The position numbers and the translations under genes were made by a program. From Bilabrum cf. latius (Eukaryota), in NCBI GenBank assembly GCA_965178125.1, contig OZ237757.1, positions 186,001 to 250,000 of the forward strand: a stretch of DNA of 64,000 nt. Reading direction: 5' to 3'. Below are positions 49,635-63,100 of the stretch, in pieces. Under the pieces are notes generated by a model. It was not told the DNA's origin and did no database searches. It worked only from the letters and a program-made list of their open reading frames with translations. Each line of letters opens with the position of its first letter. Positions within the stretch are counted from its first letter, which is position 1.

Positions 49635-52600
49635 TTACAGCCCGATTTGCCGTGCCCGGAACTCGATCGCCGACACGATCGAAGATACCACCACGAAGCA
49701 GATCACCAAGTAGTGATCCGCCCACAGCGCCGGCCACGCCTTGAATGGATCTGGCACCGCTTCCCGCCTCTTCCTCTTCCGCCTCCTATGCCTGCGACTC
49801 GCGGAGGACCCCGCCACAGAAGCTGTCTCCGCCTCCGACCCAGCATAGGAAGACCGATCGTCATCACTTACCTGGCTCGTGCCCCCTGAGTACACAGTGC
49901 CCTGGCCCCCTGCACTTGACATGGACGTGCGGCGGGCCACTCCCCCCCGCCCAGGTCTGGTCTGCTTGGACATGGCAAACACCCCGCCGATACCTTGCTC
50001 ATGCATGGCCGCGCGGACTGCCACGGCCGCGCCTGATGCTCGCCTGGACAGGTGCTGCGTGGGGTCGAGTGGGCCCGTCAGCATGGCTTGGCAGCGGCTG
50101 CTGTCTGCATCGCCACAGGAGGCATTTGAGCCAATAATAGCAACGCCACCGAACGGGGCCGGTCCCTCCGATTGTCTGCGTTGACTCGCAAGCGGATGTC
50201 CTGATCGGTCTTCCTTCACCTGCGGCCCATTATGGCCATGCCTCAATACCGTGGGATCCAGACTCACAGGAGCAGCTGATGCATCGCGCGCGTCCCCCTT
50301 CGCTCCCCCGGTACCATCCTCCCACGCCTCCAGAATCATGCCGGCCGGCACCTCCTGAGATACAGTTTCAAGGGCAGATTGCGATCTATCTCGCTGACTC
50401 ATTCCACCTTTGCTAGACTGCAGCCCAACAGCACTCCCTAGCGAGTACCCAGGGCTGCCATCGTTCCCGCAAGATCCCAACGTCTCAAGTACCATTCCAT
50501 CCGACGATTGGTCGGGTTTGTTTCGTGATGCTGCGCCAGCAGCTGCGGACAGCCTGCCTGCCTTGCCCCGGCGACGAGCATTTCTACTCGACGAAGCACT
50601 GCCGGCCCACTTCCCATTCGTTGCAACGCCCGACGATTCATCATCCGATGTGGCGCTATCCGCTGACTCCCCATCCGCTCCCTACGCCAGCTGAAGCCCG
50701 TCCGCCGCAGCGCCATTTCGCTCAGCTCCCACGCTTGCGTCTGCTGCAAGGCCTGCGCCTTCCACAGCCACAGCCTCATCATTATCCTCGTCGTCGCTTG
50801 CAAGCTCCCCCAAGTCCCTGCTCGATCCACTGCCCCCGCCAGCCCCATCCATCGAGTCAATCGACCCCGACCGAGACACGGCACCGGTCCCCCCTGGCTT
50901 GCCCTTATCGCCTACACCTGTGTCCGACCCATCCACGTCTGTCTCTGTCCCTGTGCCTGTGCCTGTGCCTGTGTCTGCCGTTGACCCCGAGTCTGACCTC
51001 GCCAGAATCTGCTGGTCGATCCGGTGGGCGCTGGCCCCGCTCCTCCTTCGCTGCACAAGGCCCATCTCAAGCGATGCATGTCCCGCGCTCCCGTCCTGTG
51101 CTTCACTGGCTCCGCTCCCAGCGACAAGCATGATGCCCGCGCTCGCATGGGGCTGCAGCTGCATGGACTCCGCCGATGCACCGCTGGGCATCGCGCGCTC
51201 GTCCGCCGATGCACCCAACGACGAATCAGCAGATGCGCCCGCACCGCTGCCACCACCATCGGCTCCAACAGCCTGCTGCACCATCGCAGCAGAGCTCACC
51301 AGCGGAGTCCCTGCCCACAGATTCGAAAACAACTCGAACTCCGCTGAGGAAGCATCCACGTCACTGGCCCCCATGCCCCCGCCCTTGTGCTGGGCCAGCA
51401 TCGACAGCAGCGCTCGCCGACGCAGCCTCGCCAGCCGACCAAAGCGAGCCAGCGCAAGCATAACCTTGCTCAAGAATCGAAAGCGTGCGTTGGCCAGCCT
51501 GGATCGGGCCTGGTAGTACGACACCATCCCCGCCACCACCGTCACCAGAGTCACCAGCGCAAACCCAAGCCCGAACATCACAGAGTTCACGTCAGACTCA
51601 CCAAGACCTGAATCGTCCAGATAGTCCCGGAGCGCGTCTGACGGCGATGTAGTGTTCGACTGCTGCTCCGACGACAGCAGCCGCACGTGCACATGCCCCG
51701 CCGCAAACCCAACCTGCTCCCCCACAAACGCCATCAGCACGCACATTGTCGCCAGAATCTCCGCCACCACCGCCTGCTCCACACGAGAGGCCACGCGCCG
51801 GGTCTGCCACACCGGCTCCGTCGGCCAGCGCAAGGCCCAGACCCGCCACTCCGACAGCTGCATGGCCCGCCAGAAGCTCGTGTGCAGCCCCGGCTCCAGC
51901 ACCATGATGCGCAGCACCTTCACGCAGATCGTGAACAGGAACGCCAGCGAGAACGGGTCCAGCTGCACGAAGGCCACTGCAATAAACACTCGAGTGCTGA
52001 ACGAAAACAGAAATACCATCGCGTCCCGCGCTTGCGGGTGCACCGTGTGAGCCTCCGCCAGCACGAGCCAAGCCATACGTGTGATCTCGATGATGCCCAG
52101 AAGGAAGAGGAAGGCGAAGATCTGCCCGAACTGATTCCCCGCAAAAGCGCTCAGTCCAAGGAACATGATCTCGCTCAGTGCGGGGGCCACGATGTCTGTC
52201 ATAACTCCGGTGATCATGATGATGCCTGGGTCCATTCTCCTCCTGCCCGTCTCTCGCATGCACTGGTCCCACATGATGGCAGAGACCAGCAAGACGGGAC
52301 CAAGCCCAGCCAGAATTGAGAGCGCCCACTCCACTCCTAGCTGCACTGCAATCTAGATGCCAGGGACACTCATGCCGAAGATGAGTCCCACTATGGTCAT
52401 GTAGCCTGGTGGAAGCATCGAGCGAACCCTGCCCGTGCGACGGTACATTTGAATATGTGGCACACCCAGGCCATTCTGCACGCAGCAGACATCGCACCCA
52501 ATCAGCCAGCACGGCCTGGCCCCGCAGCAGCAGGCGCACCCCGTCCGTCTGGTCCACCGCATGAATGACGTTGAGCACGAGCCCGACTCGAGCTGTGATG

Positions 52601-54575
52601 GATCTACTGGGCCCATTGTTTCTTCCTTGCCTGGTGGAGGCTGTACCTCCCGCACGACAGCGCCAGCAGCGACTGGACCTGCGAGCAGCCCGATACTTCG
52701 AAATGCCTCCTTGTCGGCAGCTGGATGATCTCCATCGCCACTTGTCTTCTCGACCAATGCTGCTGGCACCCCTGTGCCTAGAAGACCCAATGTGGCCGCG
52801 CCATCAACTTTGTCAAGCGAGCGATCATCGCTGAATCTGGGCCTGTTGGTGGCTGTCTCAAGAGGCACCGGAAAGTAACCGTTGATGGGTGCTTCGCTTG
52901 CATCCAGACCACTGCCGCCCTCAAGACTTGCAGCTGCTTGCACTTGTTTGCTGCGGCTAGAGCCCATTTTCATGCTCAGCACGTACCGGCGTGACGTGTT
53001 TTCCGCAGACTCAGACGAGTCCTGCACGCTGCGGCCGTGCGCATCGTCCACACCAGATCCAGAGTGATATGCTACAGAATCGCTCTTCCTCAAGCTACCG
53101 CCCTCTATCATCGATGACTGTACCTGTGGTAGGATTCGCGATGCCGATGCCACGCTGGCGATAGTGCCAGCCTTGTGGGAAGCTGTGCTGGACCTGCTGC
53201 CGTCACACACGGGCACCCGAATGTCGGTCGCATCATCAAACGATTGAGCCATAATGACACCGGGTGCATCGGGGCGCGATCCGATTCCTGGCACTGTAGA
53301 CTCGTCTGCACCCGCTCGACGGCTGGCGCCGGATGCAGGAGTAGCTTCGCAACCCCCGCGTTCTGCCACAGCTCTACTTCGTGCAGTGGAACTTGCGGCA
53401 TCCACCACCGGTGGACTCATCAGCGCAGTGACACTCCCCGCGCTTGACCGCCTGCCCAGGCCGCCTACGCTCGATCGCCGGCGCATTATTCCCATGTCGT
53501 TACCCTCCGCTCCCCCTTCCCCAGTATCGGACTGTACTCTGGCGATCAGCCGCCGCACCCTCGCAATCAGTGCCCTTCCCCGCGCCACGCTCGCCGGGTC
53601 ATCTTTGTCGTCTTTGAACTGAGCCCGCATCATCTCCGATGCCACGCACAGCTCCTCCAAACACACCTCTGATGGAAGCATCACGCCCCCGCAGCACCAC
53701 CACGTGCGCGATGGCACTGCCGCCGGAAGCTGCTGCTCCTCCAAATCGGTGTGGCTGGGCCCGCCCCTGTCCCTTCGGGTGAGGGCGTGCATGGCGGCGT
53801 TCAGGGCCGCTTCGGCCAGGGGGCGGATGGCCGGATCCGCCTGGTCGAGAGTGAAGCCCGGCTCTTCGTACTATTGTGGCGAGCTTGCGACCACGGCCCC
53901 GCAAAGATTGTCTGGATTTTGCGACTGCATTTTCTTCTCAACTGTCACCTTGCCAAGGTGGGCGTGGCCCGACACATCAACCTTCTCACTCGCATTGTCA
54001 TCGTCTGCAGCAAACTCTAGATTGTTTTCTGCCTCATCGGCTTGCATTTCGATGGCCTTGGCGGCTCGGTCGAGCAAGGCCTTCGACGATCGAATTCTCC
54101 GGCGGAATGCGAACAAATGCCCAGATAGTATCACTGCTGGAACCAAAACCTATAGGCATGCAATCACAGCTACATAGAATCCTAAACGCCACCAAAAGTA
54201 AGGTTTCGAGTCCCGGAAAGATTGCGGTGAAACAGACTCAGACAGAAGCAATGGGCTCAGGGACACATGTACGAATGAGATTCCAAATCGAGCAGCTGAC
54301 GTAATGCAAGCTACTATGCTCCATACAAGCCCTGAGTACCCAGCTCCCATGGTTGCAAAGTACCACCTGAATAGCTGCACAACCTGCGAAATAGCATCAG
54401 AACTGGCCCAAAGGCAGCCACGGAGCCAAAGCACGCTGTGAACGCCATCACTGGAAGCACTAGATGCATAACCAGACACTAATGCTACCAGGAGACCAAG
54501 CGTGAACTGCTTGAACCGGACTGCTGGAACACCAAAGCAATGTGGCGCACTGGCAGCTGAGTATGGAGCAGCCAT
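49635..54575 (-). CDS. Multi-pass membrane protein, paralog B (~1,646 aa)
   Basis: ORFs 54150-54575, 53871-54146, 52353-53792, 50682-52346 and 49635-50495 share a frame joined by TAG; stop is TAA 49635. Confidence 0.82.
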
Positions 54576-54968
54576 CCGTTGACCAGATCTCTTGAATTAA
54601 TATACGTTAGTGACTGCTTCGACTGCCTGACGGTGGAACAGAGTAAAGCAGTATATATTATGCAGACGAATTGCTCCTGTCGTCGAATCCTGAGACGGAA
54701 ATGGCCGTTTCGCTAGACTACCGAACCGCAAGGAACCACAGGGAACTTTGACACCGAAATGCCGAGACACTGCTGGCAGTGGCAGGCTACATCGGCATTT
54801 CAAGATGCTCACGGCGACTGATACGTGCTTTGGCCAGCATAAATCAATTCCATGCACCACAAGAGCTCCTCCTCTTCATCACCTTCATAACCAATCACCA
54901 ATAGTCCCGTATCTGACACATTGGACTACAGGCCCACACACATGCTGCGACATTCAGCGATAAATAGA

Positions 54969-57900
54969 TTAGAGCCCGATCTGCCGTGCCCGGAACTCGA
55001 TCGCCGACACGATCGAAGATACCACCACGAAGCAGATCACCAAGTAGTGATCCGCCCACAGCGCCGGCCACGCCTTGAATGGATCTGGCACCGCTTCCCG
55101 CCTCTTCCTCTTCCGCCTCCTGTGCCTGCGACTCGCGGAGGACCCCGCCACAGAAGCTGTTTCCGCCTCCGACCCAGCATAGGAAGACCGATCGTCATCA
55201 CTTACCTGGCTCGTGCCCCCGGAGTACACAGTGCCCTAGCCCCCTGCACTTGACATGGACGTGCGGCGACCCACTCCACCCCGCCCTGGTCTGGTCTGCT
55301 TGGACATGGCAAACACCCCGCCGATACCCTGCTCGTGCATGGCCGCGCGGACTGCCACGGCCGCGCCTGATGCTCGCCTGGACAGGTGCTGCGTGGGGTC
55401 GAGTGGGCCCGTCAGCATGGCTTGGCAGTGGCTGCTGTTTGCATCGCCACCGGAGGCATTTGAGCCATTCATGGCAACGCCACCAACACGGCCCGGTCCC
55501 TCCGATTGTCTGCGTTGACTCGCAAGCGGATGACCCAATCGGTCTTCTTCCACCTGCGGTCCGTTATGGCAACGCCCCAATACAGTGGGATCCAGACTCA
55601 CAGGAGCAGCTGATGCATCGCGCGCGCCCCCCTTCGCTCCCCCGGTACCATCCTCCCACGCCTCCAGAATCATGCCGGCTGGTAGATCGCCAGATGCTGT
55701 CTCGAGGGTGGACCCGGCTCGGCCTCGTTTACCTGTAGGTGATTGAGTAGACTGCAGCCCAACAGCACTCTCTAGCGAGTACCCAGGGCTGCCATCTTTC
55801 CCGGAAGATCCCAACGTCTCAAGAACCAACGCATTCGCGTGGTGGGTGGCTCCTGCAGCCGCGGACAACCTGCCTGCCTTGCCCCGGTGACGAGCATTTC
55901 TACTCGACGAAGCACTGCCGTCCCACTTCCCATTCGTTGCAACGCCCGACGATTCATCATCCGATGTGGCGCTATCCGCTGACTCCCCATCCGCTCCCTA
56001 CGCCAGCTGAAGCCCGTCCGCCGCAGCGTCATTTCGCTCAGCTCCCACGCTTGCGTCTGCTGCAAGGCCTGCGCCTTCCACAGCCACAGCCTCATCATTG
56101 TCCTCGTCGTCGCTTCCAAGCTCCCCCAAGTCCCTGCTCGATCCACTGCCCCCGCCAGCCCCATCCATCGAGTCAATCGACCCCGACCGAGACACGGCAC
56201 CGGTCCCCCCTGGCTTGCACTTATCACCTTCACCTGTGTCCGACCCATCCACGTCTGTCTCTGTCCCTGTGCCTGTGCCCGTGCCTGTGTCTGCCGTTGA
56301 CCCCGAGTCTGACCTCGCCAGAATCTGCTGGTCGATCCGGTGGGCGCTGGCCCCGCTCCTCCTTCGCTGCACAAGGCCCATCTCAAGCGATGCATGTCCC
56401 GCGCTCCCGTCCTGTGCTTCGCTGGCTCCGCTCCCAGCGACAAGCATGATGCCCGCGCTCGCATGGGGCTGCAGCTGCATGGAATCTGCCGATGCACCGC
56501 TGGCCATCGCGCGCTCGTCCGCCGATGCACCCAACGACGAATCAGCAGATGCGCCCGCACCGCTGCCACCACCATCGGCTCCAACAGCCTGCTGCACCAT
56601 CGCAGCAGAGCTCACCAACGGAGTCCCTGCCCACAGATTCGAAAACAACTCGAACTCCGCTGAGGAAGCATCCACGTCACTGGCCCCCATGCCCCCGCCC
56701 TTGTGCTGGGCCAGCATCGACAGCAGCGCTCGCCGACGCAGCCTCGCCAGCCGACCGAAGCGAGCCAGCGCAAGCATTATCTTCATCACAAAGCGTGAAC
56801 GAGCACTGGCCAGCCTGGATCGGGCCTGGTAGTACGACACCATCCCCGCCACCACCGTCACCAGAGTCACCAGCGCAAACCCAAGCCCGAACATCACAGA
56901 GTTCACGTCAGACTCACCAAGACCTGAATCGTCCAGATAGTCCCGGAGCGCGTCTGACGGCGATGTAGTGTTCGACTGCTGCTCCGATGACAGCAGCCGC
57001 ACGTGCACATGCCCTGCCGCGAACCCAACCTGCTCCCCCACAAACGCCATCAGCACGCACATCGTCGCCAGAATCTCCGCCACCACCGCCTGCTCCACAC
57101 GAGAGGCCACGCGCCGGGTCTGCCACACCGGCTCCGTCGGCCAGCGCAAGGCCCAGACCCGCCACTCCGACAGCTGCATGGCCCGCCAGAAGCTCGTGTG
57201 CAGCCCCGGCTCCAGCACCATGATGCGCAGCACCTTCACGCAGATCGTGAACAGGAACGCCAGCGAGAACGGGTCCAGCTGCACAAAGGCCACTGCGATG
57301 AACACTCGAGTGCTGAACGAAAACAGAAATACCATCGCGTCCCGCGCTTGCGGGTGCACCGTGTGAGCCTCCGCCAGCACGAGCCAAGCCATACGTGTGA
57401 TCTCGATGATGCCCAGAAGGAAGAGGAAGGCGAAGATCTGCCCGAACTGATTCCCCGCAAATGCGCTCAGTCCAAGGAACATGATCTCGCTCAGGGCGGG
57501 GGCCACGATGTCCGTAAGCACAGCCGTAGTTACAATGATGCCTGGGTCCATTCTCCTCCTGCCCGTCTCTCGCATGCACTGGTCCCACATGATGGCAGAG
57601 ACCAGCAAGACGGGACCAAGCCCAGCCATGAGTTGCACTAACCCCTGAGCGCCAAACTGCACGGTAAGTTGAACTAGTGGCACGCTAATGCCAAACATGA
57701 AGCCTACAATAGATAGAAACGCCGGTGGACACGTCGAATGGGCCCGCGAAGTATGGCAACAACGGTTACCCCTGCCGGGTATATTGTTGTCTGCTTGTAC
57801 CGCCCTGACACAACACTAGTCGCACCCAACCAGCCGGCACGGCCTGGCCCCGCAGCAGCAGGCGCACCCCGTCCGTCTGGTCCACCGCATGAATGACGTT

Positions 57901-59927
57901 GAGCACGAGCCGGACTCGAGCTGTGATGGATCAACAGGAGCGTCCTCCTGCTTGCTAGTGGGTGGAGGTGGCATCGCTCTCACCACGGTTCCAGCCGCGA
58001 CAGGAAGCACCAGAAGACCAGTACTGGTGCCCACGTCGTTGCTTGTAGCATGAGTATTGCCTATGGCATCAGGTGCGCCAGGCGCCCCACTAGCTCCCAA
58101 CGTACCCAAAATGCCACTGGGTGCTGGGGGGCTGAGTGCGGCGTTTACACGGGGCGCGCTAGATGGGTTGGACACGTCGGTCTATCCCTGGACCGCAGTG
58201 GATAGCAAGAATGGGTCGTCCACGTCAACATGAGCAAGCACGCTTTCGTGGTCGCTTGATGCCCCCATGCCGGTGCAACTGTCTGGATGCGTCCCACGAT
58301 CTGACTTTTCCAAACTGAGCATGTAACGATTGCTTGCTAGTCCTAAAGTCTGGGACGACTCTGGTAAATTGATTGATGACTGTACGCTACCCCCTCTGAA
58401 GGAGTCTCCGCCTGTTGCGCCCGACCTCGACTTGGACCAGGCAATGCCTTCATCGCTCACTTTTAGGCTGCCGCCCTCTATCATCGATGACTGTACCTGT
58501 GGTAGGATTCGCGATGCCGATGCCACGCTGGCGATAGTGCCAGCCCGGCTGGAAGCTGTGCTGGATCTGCCACTCGCGTTGACCCGCCCCTGGATGAGCT
58601 AAGCAGTGCCATCGGTATCGTTGCTCTCCGGGGGCGGCTTTGGTTCCGTGTTCATGGGCATAGTGCCCTTCCAAGGTCGGTGCACGGCCACGGAAACCCC
58701 CGCTATCCGTGATGCATTTGCACTCGCAGCGGCATCCACCACCGTTAGACTCATCAGCGCAGTGACACTCCCCGCGCTTGACCGCCTGCCCAGGCCGCCC
58801 ACTCTCGATCGTTTCTGCTAAGTGAGCTGCTAGCCCTCATCGTCCTCCTCCCTGGTCTGCTATCGTACTCTGGCGATCAGCCGCCGCACCCTCGCAATCA
58901 GTGCCCTTCCCCGCGCCACGCTCGCCGGGTCATCTTTGTCGTCTTTGAACTGAGCCCGCATCATCTCCGATGCCACGCACAGCTCCTCCAAACACACCTC
59001 TGATGGAAGCATCACGCCCCCGCAGCACCACCACGTGCGCGATGGCACTGCCGCCGGAAGCTGCTGCTCCTCCAGATCGGTGTGGCTGGGCCCGCCCCTG
59101 TCCCTTCGGGTGAGGGCATGCATGGCGGCGTTCAGGGCCGCTTCGGCCAGGGGACGGATAGCCGGATCCGCCTGGTCGAGAGTGAAGCCCGGCTCTTCGT
59201 ACTATTGTGGCGAGCTTGCGACCACGCTTGTGTCTTGAGCGGTCGCACCGCCAGTGTTAGACTCCCTCGGCGCAGCCGGCTTTGAGCCGGCTCCCTCCAC
59301 ATCGTCACTCGGTTTATCAGAATCAATATCATGTGAAAAGACATCCGCAGCAAACTCTAGATTGTTTTCTGCCTCATCGGCTTGCATTTCGATGGCCTTG
59401 GAGGCTCGGTCGAGCAAGGCCTTTGACGATCGTTTTCTTCGAGAGAATGCGAACAGCTGGCCGGACAAAATGTAGGCCGGGGCAATGACTTGGACCAGGC
59501 CCAAAACGATGGCAAAGAATACAAAGCGCCACCAAAAGTACGCCTGCGAGTTCTCGAATGCGGTCGGGATCAGAATGTCGTTTAAGATGCGAGGGCTCAT
59601 CGAGTTGTAGCCGTAACCGGCTGCAAAACGAAGTATACATAACATGGCAGCAACTGAAGTCCACATATAACCACTGTATCCAGCACCCATTGTTGCGAAG
59701 TACCACCTAAAGAGTTGCACTAGCTGAGACATTGCAGCAATGCTTCCCCAAGCGAGGCCCCTTAGCCATAGCACGCTGTGAACCCCATCACTGGCAGCAC
59801 TCGTAATATATCCACACAGAATTGCTACGACTAATCCTAGGGCGATCCACATGTGCTTTTGCGAGAAGTAAGACGCATAGCATGTCCCGGTTTCGTGCTT
59901 GATGCGCTTCGGTACCTTGTGGGCCAT
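54969..59927 (-). CDS. Multi-pass membrane protein, paralog C (~1,652 aa)
   Basis: ORFs 59202-59945, 58860-59123, 58599-58802, 58182-58526, 57816-58175, 55998-57698, 55236-55868 and 54969-55229 share a frame joined by TAG; stop is TAA 54969. The 3' ~2.7 kb is highly similar to paralog B. Confidence 0.82.
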
Positions 59928-60140
59928 CGCAGCCCTGGCTATCACCGTGACCTCGCAGGAGTAGGAGCCGAGACAGCTAGAATCGCAGATGTTGCTGAAG
60001 AGCTCTGTCAGATATGTGCAAGCACAATTTTATCAGGTATGTGCAAGACCATCCAATCCACAATTCATGCGATGCAGGCGCCGCGCGGCATTGCAGCCTG
60101 CAACAACGGAACCAAGACCGGGCCAACATCTATTTGGCCC

Positions 60141-63100
60141 TCACAGCCCCAACTAAATAGCCCGGAACTCGATCGCCGACACGATCGAAGATACCACCAC
60201 GAAGCAGATCACCAAGTAGTGATCCGCCCACAGCGCCGGCCACGCCTTGAACGGATCAGGGATGGCCCCGCTCCTTTCTCTTCGTGCCCTACCGTTCCTC
60301 CCGCCACCCTTGTGCATCGCAGCCGGAGCCGCAGCGGACCTGCCTAGACCCAGCGCTCTCTACGAAACTGAAACCGACTGCTGGGAGTACATGGCCCCCC
60401 GCCCCACGCTGGACACCGAGCTGCTCCTCGACCTCATGCAGCGGCGAGTGTCCTCCCCCCACCTCGCCAGTGGCCTGGTCTGCTTGGACATGGCAAACAC
60501 ACCGCCGATGCCCTGCTCGTGCATGGCTGCGCGGACTCTCCCAGTTCTTACGGAAAATACAGATGTCGCAGACGAGGAAGATGAGTCGGAATCAGACGGG
60601 CGGGAGCCGTTCGAGCTGACATCTAGCTCCACGCCGGCGGACGTGCCTGCCCTTTTGTTGTTCTGATCTAGATTCACCCTGGTCTGCAGCGGCGTGGCAT
60701 ACTTTGCTGTACCTCCGGTGTGTGCGTGTGCATGCTGTACACGATTCAAGTTCCGTGCAGGAGTCATATCACCCGCTTCATTGTCCTATGGTAAGGAACA
60801 CGGGGATGCATCAGCCGAAGGGCCCATCAAATTGATAGACGGCGACGACCTCGGCAGGGAGTTTCTGCTGTCCTGGGGATCGCTGTCTTGGGGACGAGGC
60901 TGGGTCTGTGAATCAGGTGCAGGCAACTCGATCACACTGCTCTGCGATTTCACCTCCTCATTCGCCTCCATGAAAGCAGCTGCGCTCGCTAGAGCAGTCC
61001 TGTTCCACAGGGCCGCAGAAGAGGCTTGTGGGCCATTGTCACAACCTACAGCTCCTTTCCTTGCTTGCAAACCCTCCTTCAGCACCCGTATGAGGCACAG
61101 CCGCCGGTCTCGGACCATCTTAGCAAGCGACTTTAGAGCGAGCTTCACGCGGTCATTGTGATCCCTAAGCATCAAGGCGTACTGCTGTTGCGCCCTTTGA
61201 AACGAAAGCCCGCCCGCAAGGATCGTCACAAGCGTCACCACTGCATACCCCAGCCCGAAGAGGGTCGAATTCACGTTCAGCTCCTGCACTCCAATGCCCA
61301 CAAGGAATTTTCTCGCTGCCCCTGCCACCGCATTGTCAGCGCTCGAGGACGCAGCAGCAAACATTCGAATGCGGATAAGTCCTACTGCAAAGCCCAGCTC
61401 CTCTCCCATGAACGCCATCAGAACGCACAGAGACACTAGGATCTCCGTGAACACCGCCTTACCCACGCGATAGGCTGTGCTTCGCGTGCTTTTGAGCGTC
61501 GCGTTCGGCCACCGCATGTCCCAGCACCGGCATCCGCTCTGTTGCAGCGCGTTTGCATAATAGATGTGGTACCGCGGGTCCACAATCAGAATGCGACCCA
61601 CACGGACACCGATCGTGAATAGGAACGCCAGCGAGAACGGATCCAGCTGCACGAATGCTACCGCAAGGTAGACTCGAAAGCTGAAATTGAACAGGAAAAT
61701 CATCGAATTCCTTGCCGCGGAGTGGACAGAGTGAGCATCTGCCAGCACCCGCCATGCACGCTGCGTCAGCTCGGCAACGCATAGCAGGAAGATGAGCGCC
61801 ATGATCTGGCCATACTGGCTCCCACCAGCCGCATCCAACCCCACAAACAGAATCTCGCTGAACGAAGGAGCCAGAATGTCCGTGAGTGCTGCTGTGATGA
61901 GCATTATGCCTGGGTCCATCCTCCTCCTGCCCGTCTCTCGCACGCACTGGTCCCACATGATGGCAGAGATCAGCAAGGGTGGCCCGGCAGCAGCCAGCAG
62001 GGTCACAGAGCCAGTAACGCCCAGTTGCTCGGCAAGCTGGATGGAGGGGACCCCAAGGCCAAATATCAGCCCAACGATGGTTAAAAACGTCGGTGGACAC
62101 AACAGATGCGGCCTATCCGAGGCACAGCATAGGCCCCCTCGGCCTCCTCTGTGCCGGGCAGTCATGCACATAGCATCGCAACCCAAAACTGTGCACGCCC
62201 GGTACCCGCAGCAGCAGGCGCATCCTGTGCGTCTGGCCCACATCCGGCAAGACGTGGTCCAGGCCAATACCTCGGAAGATGCCTGAATTCGCTCGTGAAC
62301 GCTATCGCCCATTTCTCTTCTCATCGGGCTGGCATTGGGTGAGTGCTTTGTGCTGATGCCGCCACCCTTGTCTTGTTGAATAACTCGATTCGATTTAAAC
62401 CGCTTGAATTCTCCGGAGCGACTAGACAAATCTGTTGTGCTGGGCGGTGCAGCAGCTACAGGGCGCAGTTTGCGCGGCACCATGTCCACGTCCGCCTCGG
62501 TGATGACACTGTCTTGGCGCTTCGCGTCTGAGGTGGGCTCTAGCGCCGGAGATGGCTGCTCGGAGCTTCCATTCACACGCCGAAGTGAGCCCATCAACAT
62601 GTCATGGCCGCTGGTCCATCTCTCAGGAGCGATCTGAACCAGTGATGATGACGACTGCACGGCCATGGTGATGGCCTGATCTGTCACCTGATGCTGGTGA
62701 CTTTGAGAACCAGACGGCTGCGAAGGGACCAATAAGCGTGTGCCCGGCGTGGACCATCGCGTGTGCATCCGCATGGTGCTACTTCCGTGTGTAGTTCTAG
62801 ACAGACTGACAGCCGGCTAGGTGGCCGGCACGCGACTCTGGCTGTGGACCGTCCCGTGCTCCGATTCCAGCACACACGCATGGTTCTTGATCAGGGATTC
62901 CGCTCTCTACTGTGCGGCATACAGCCGCAGATGGCACTCCTCAGCTGACACAGACAAGCCTTTACCGGAAGCACCCGAACTGCGCGCCCGCATCATCTCC
63001 GATGCCACGCACAGCTCCTCCAAACACACCTCTGATGGAAGCACCACGCCCCCGCAGCACCACCACGTGCGCGATGGCACTGCCGCAGGAAGCTGCTGCT

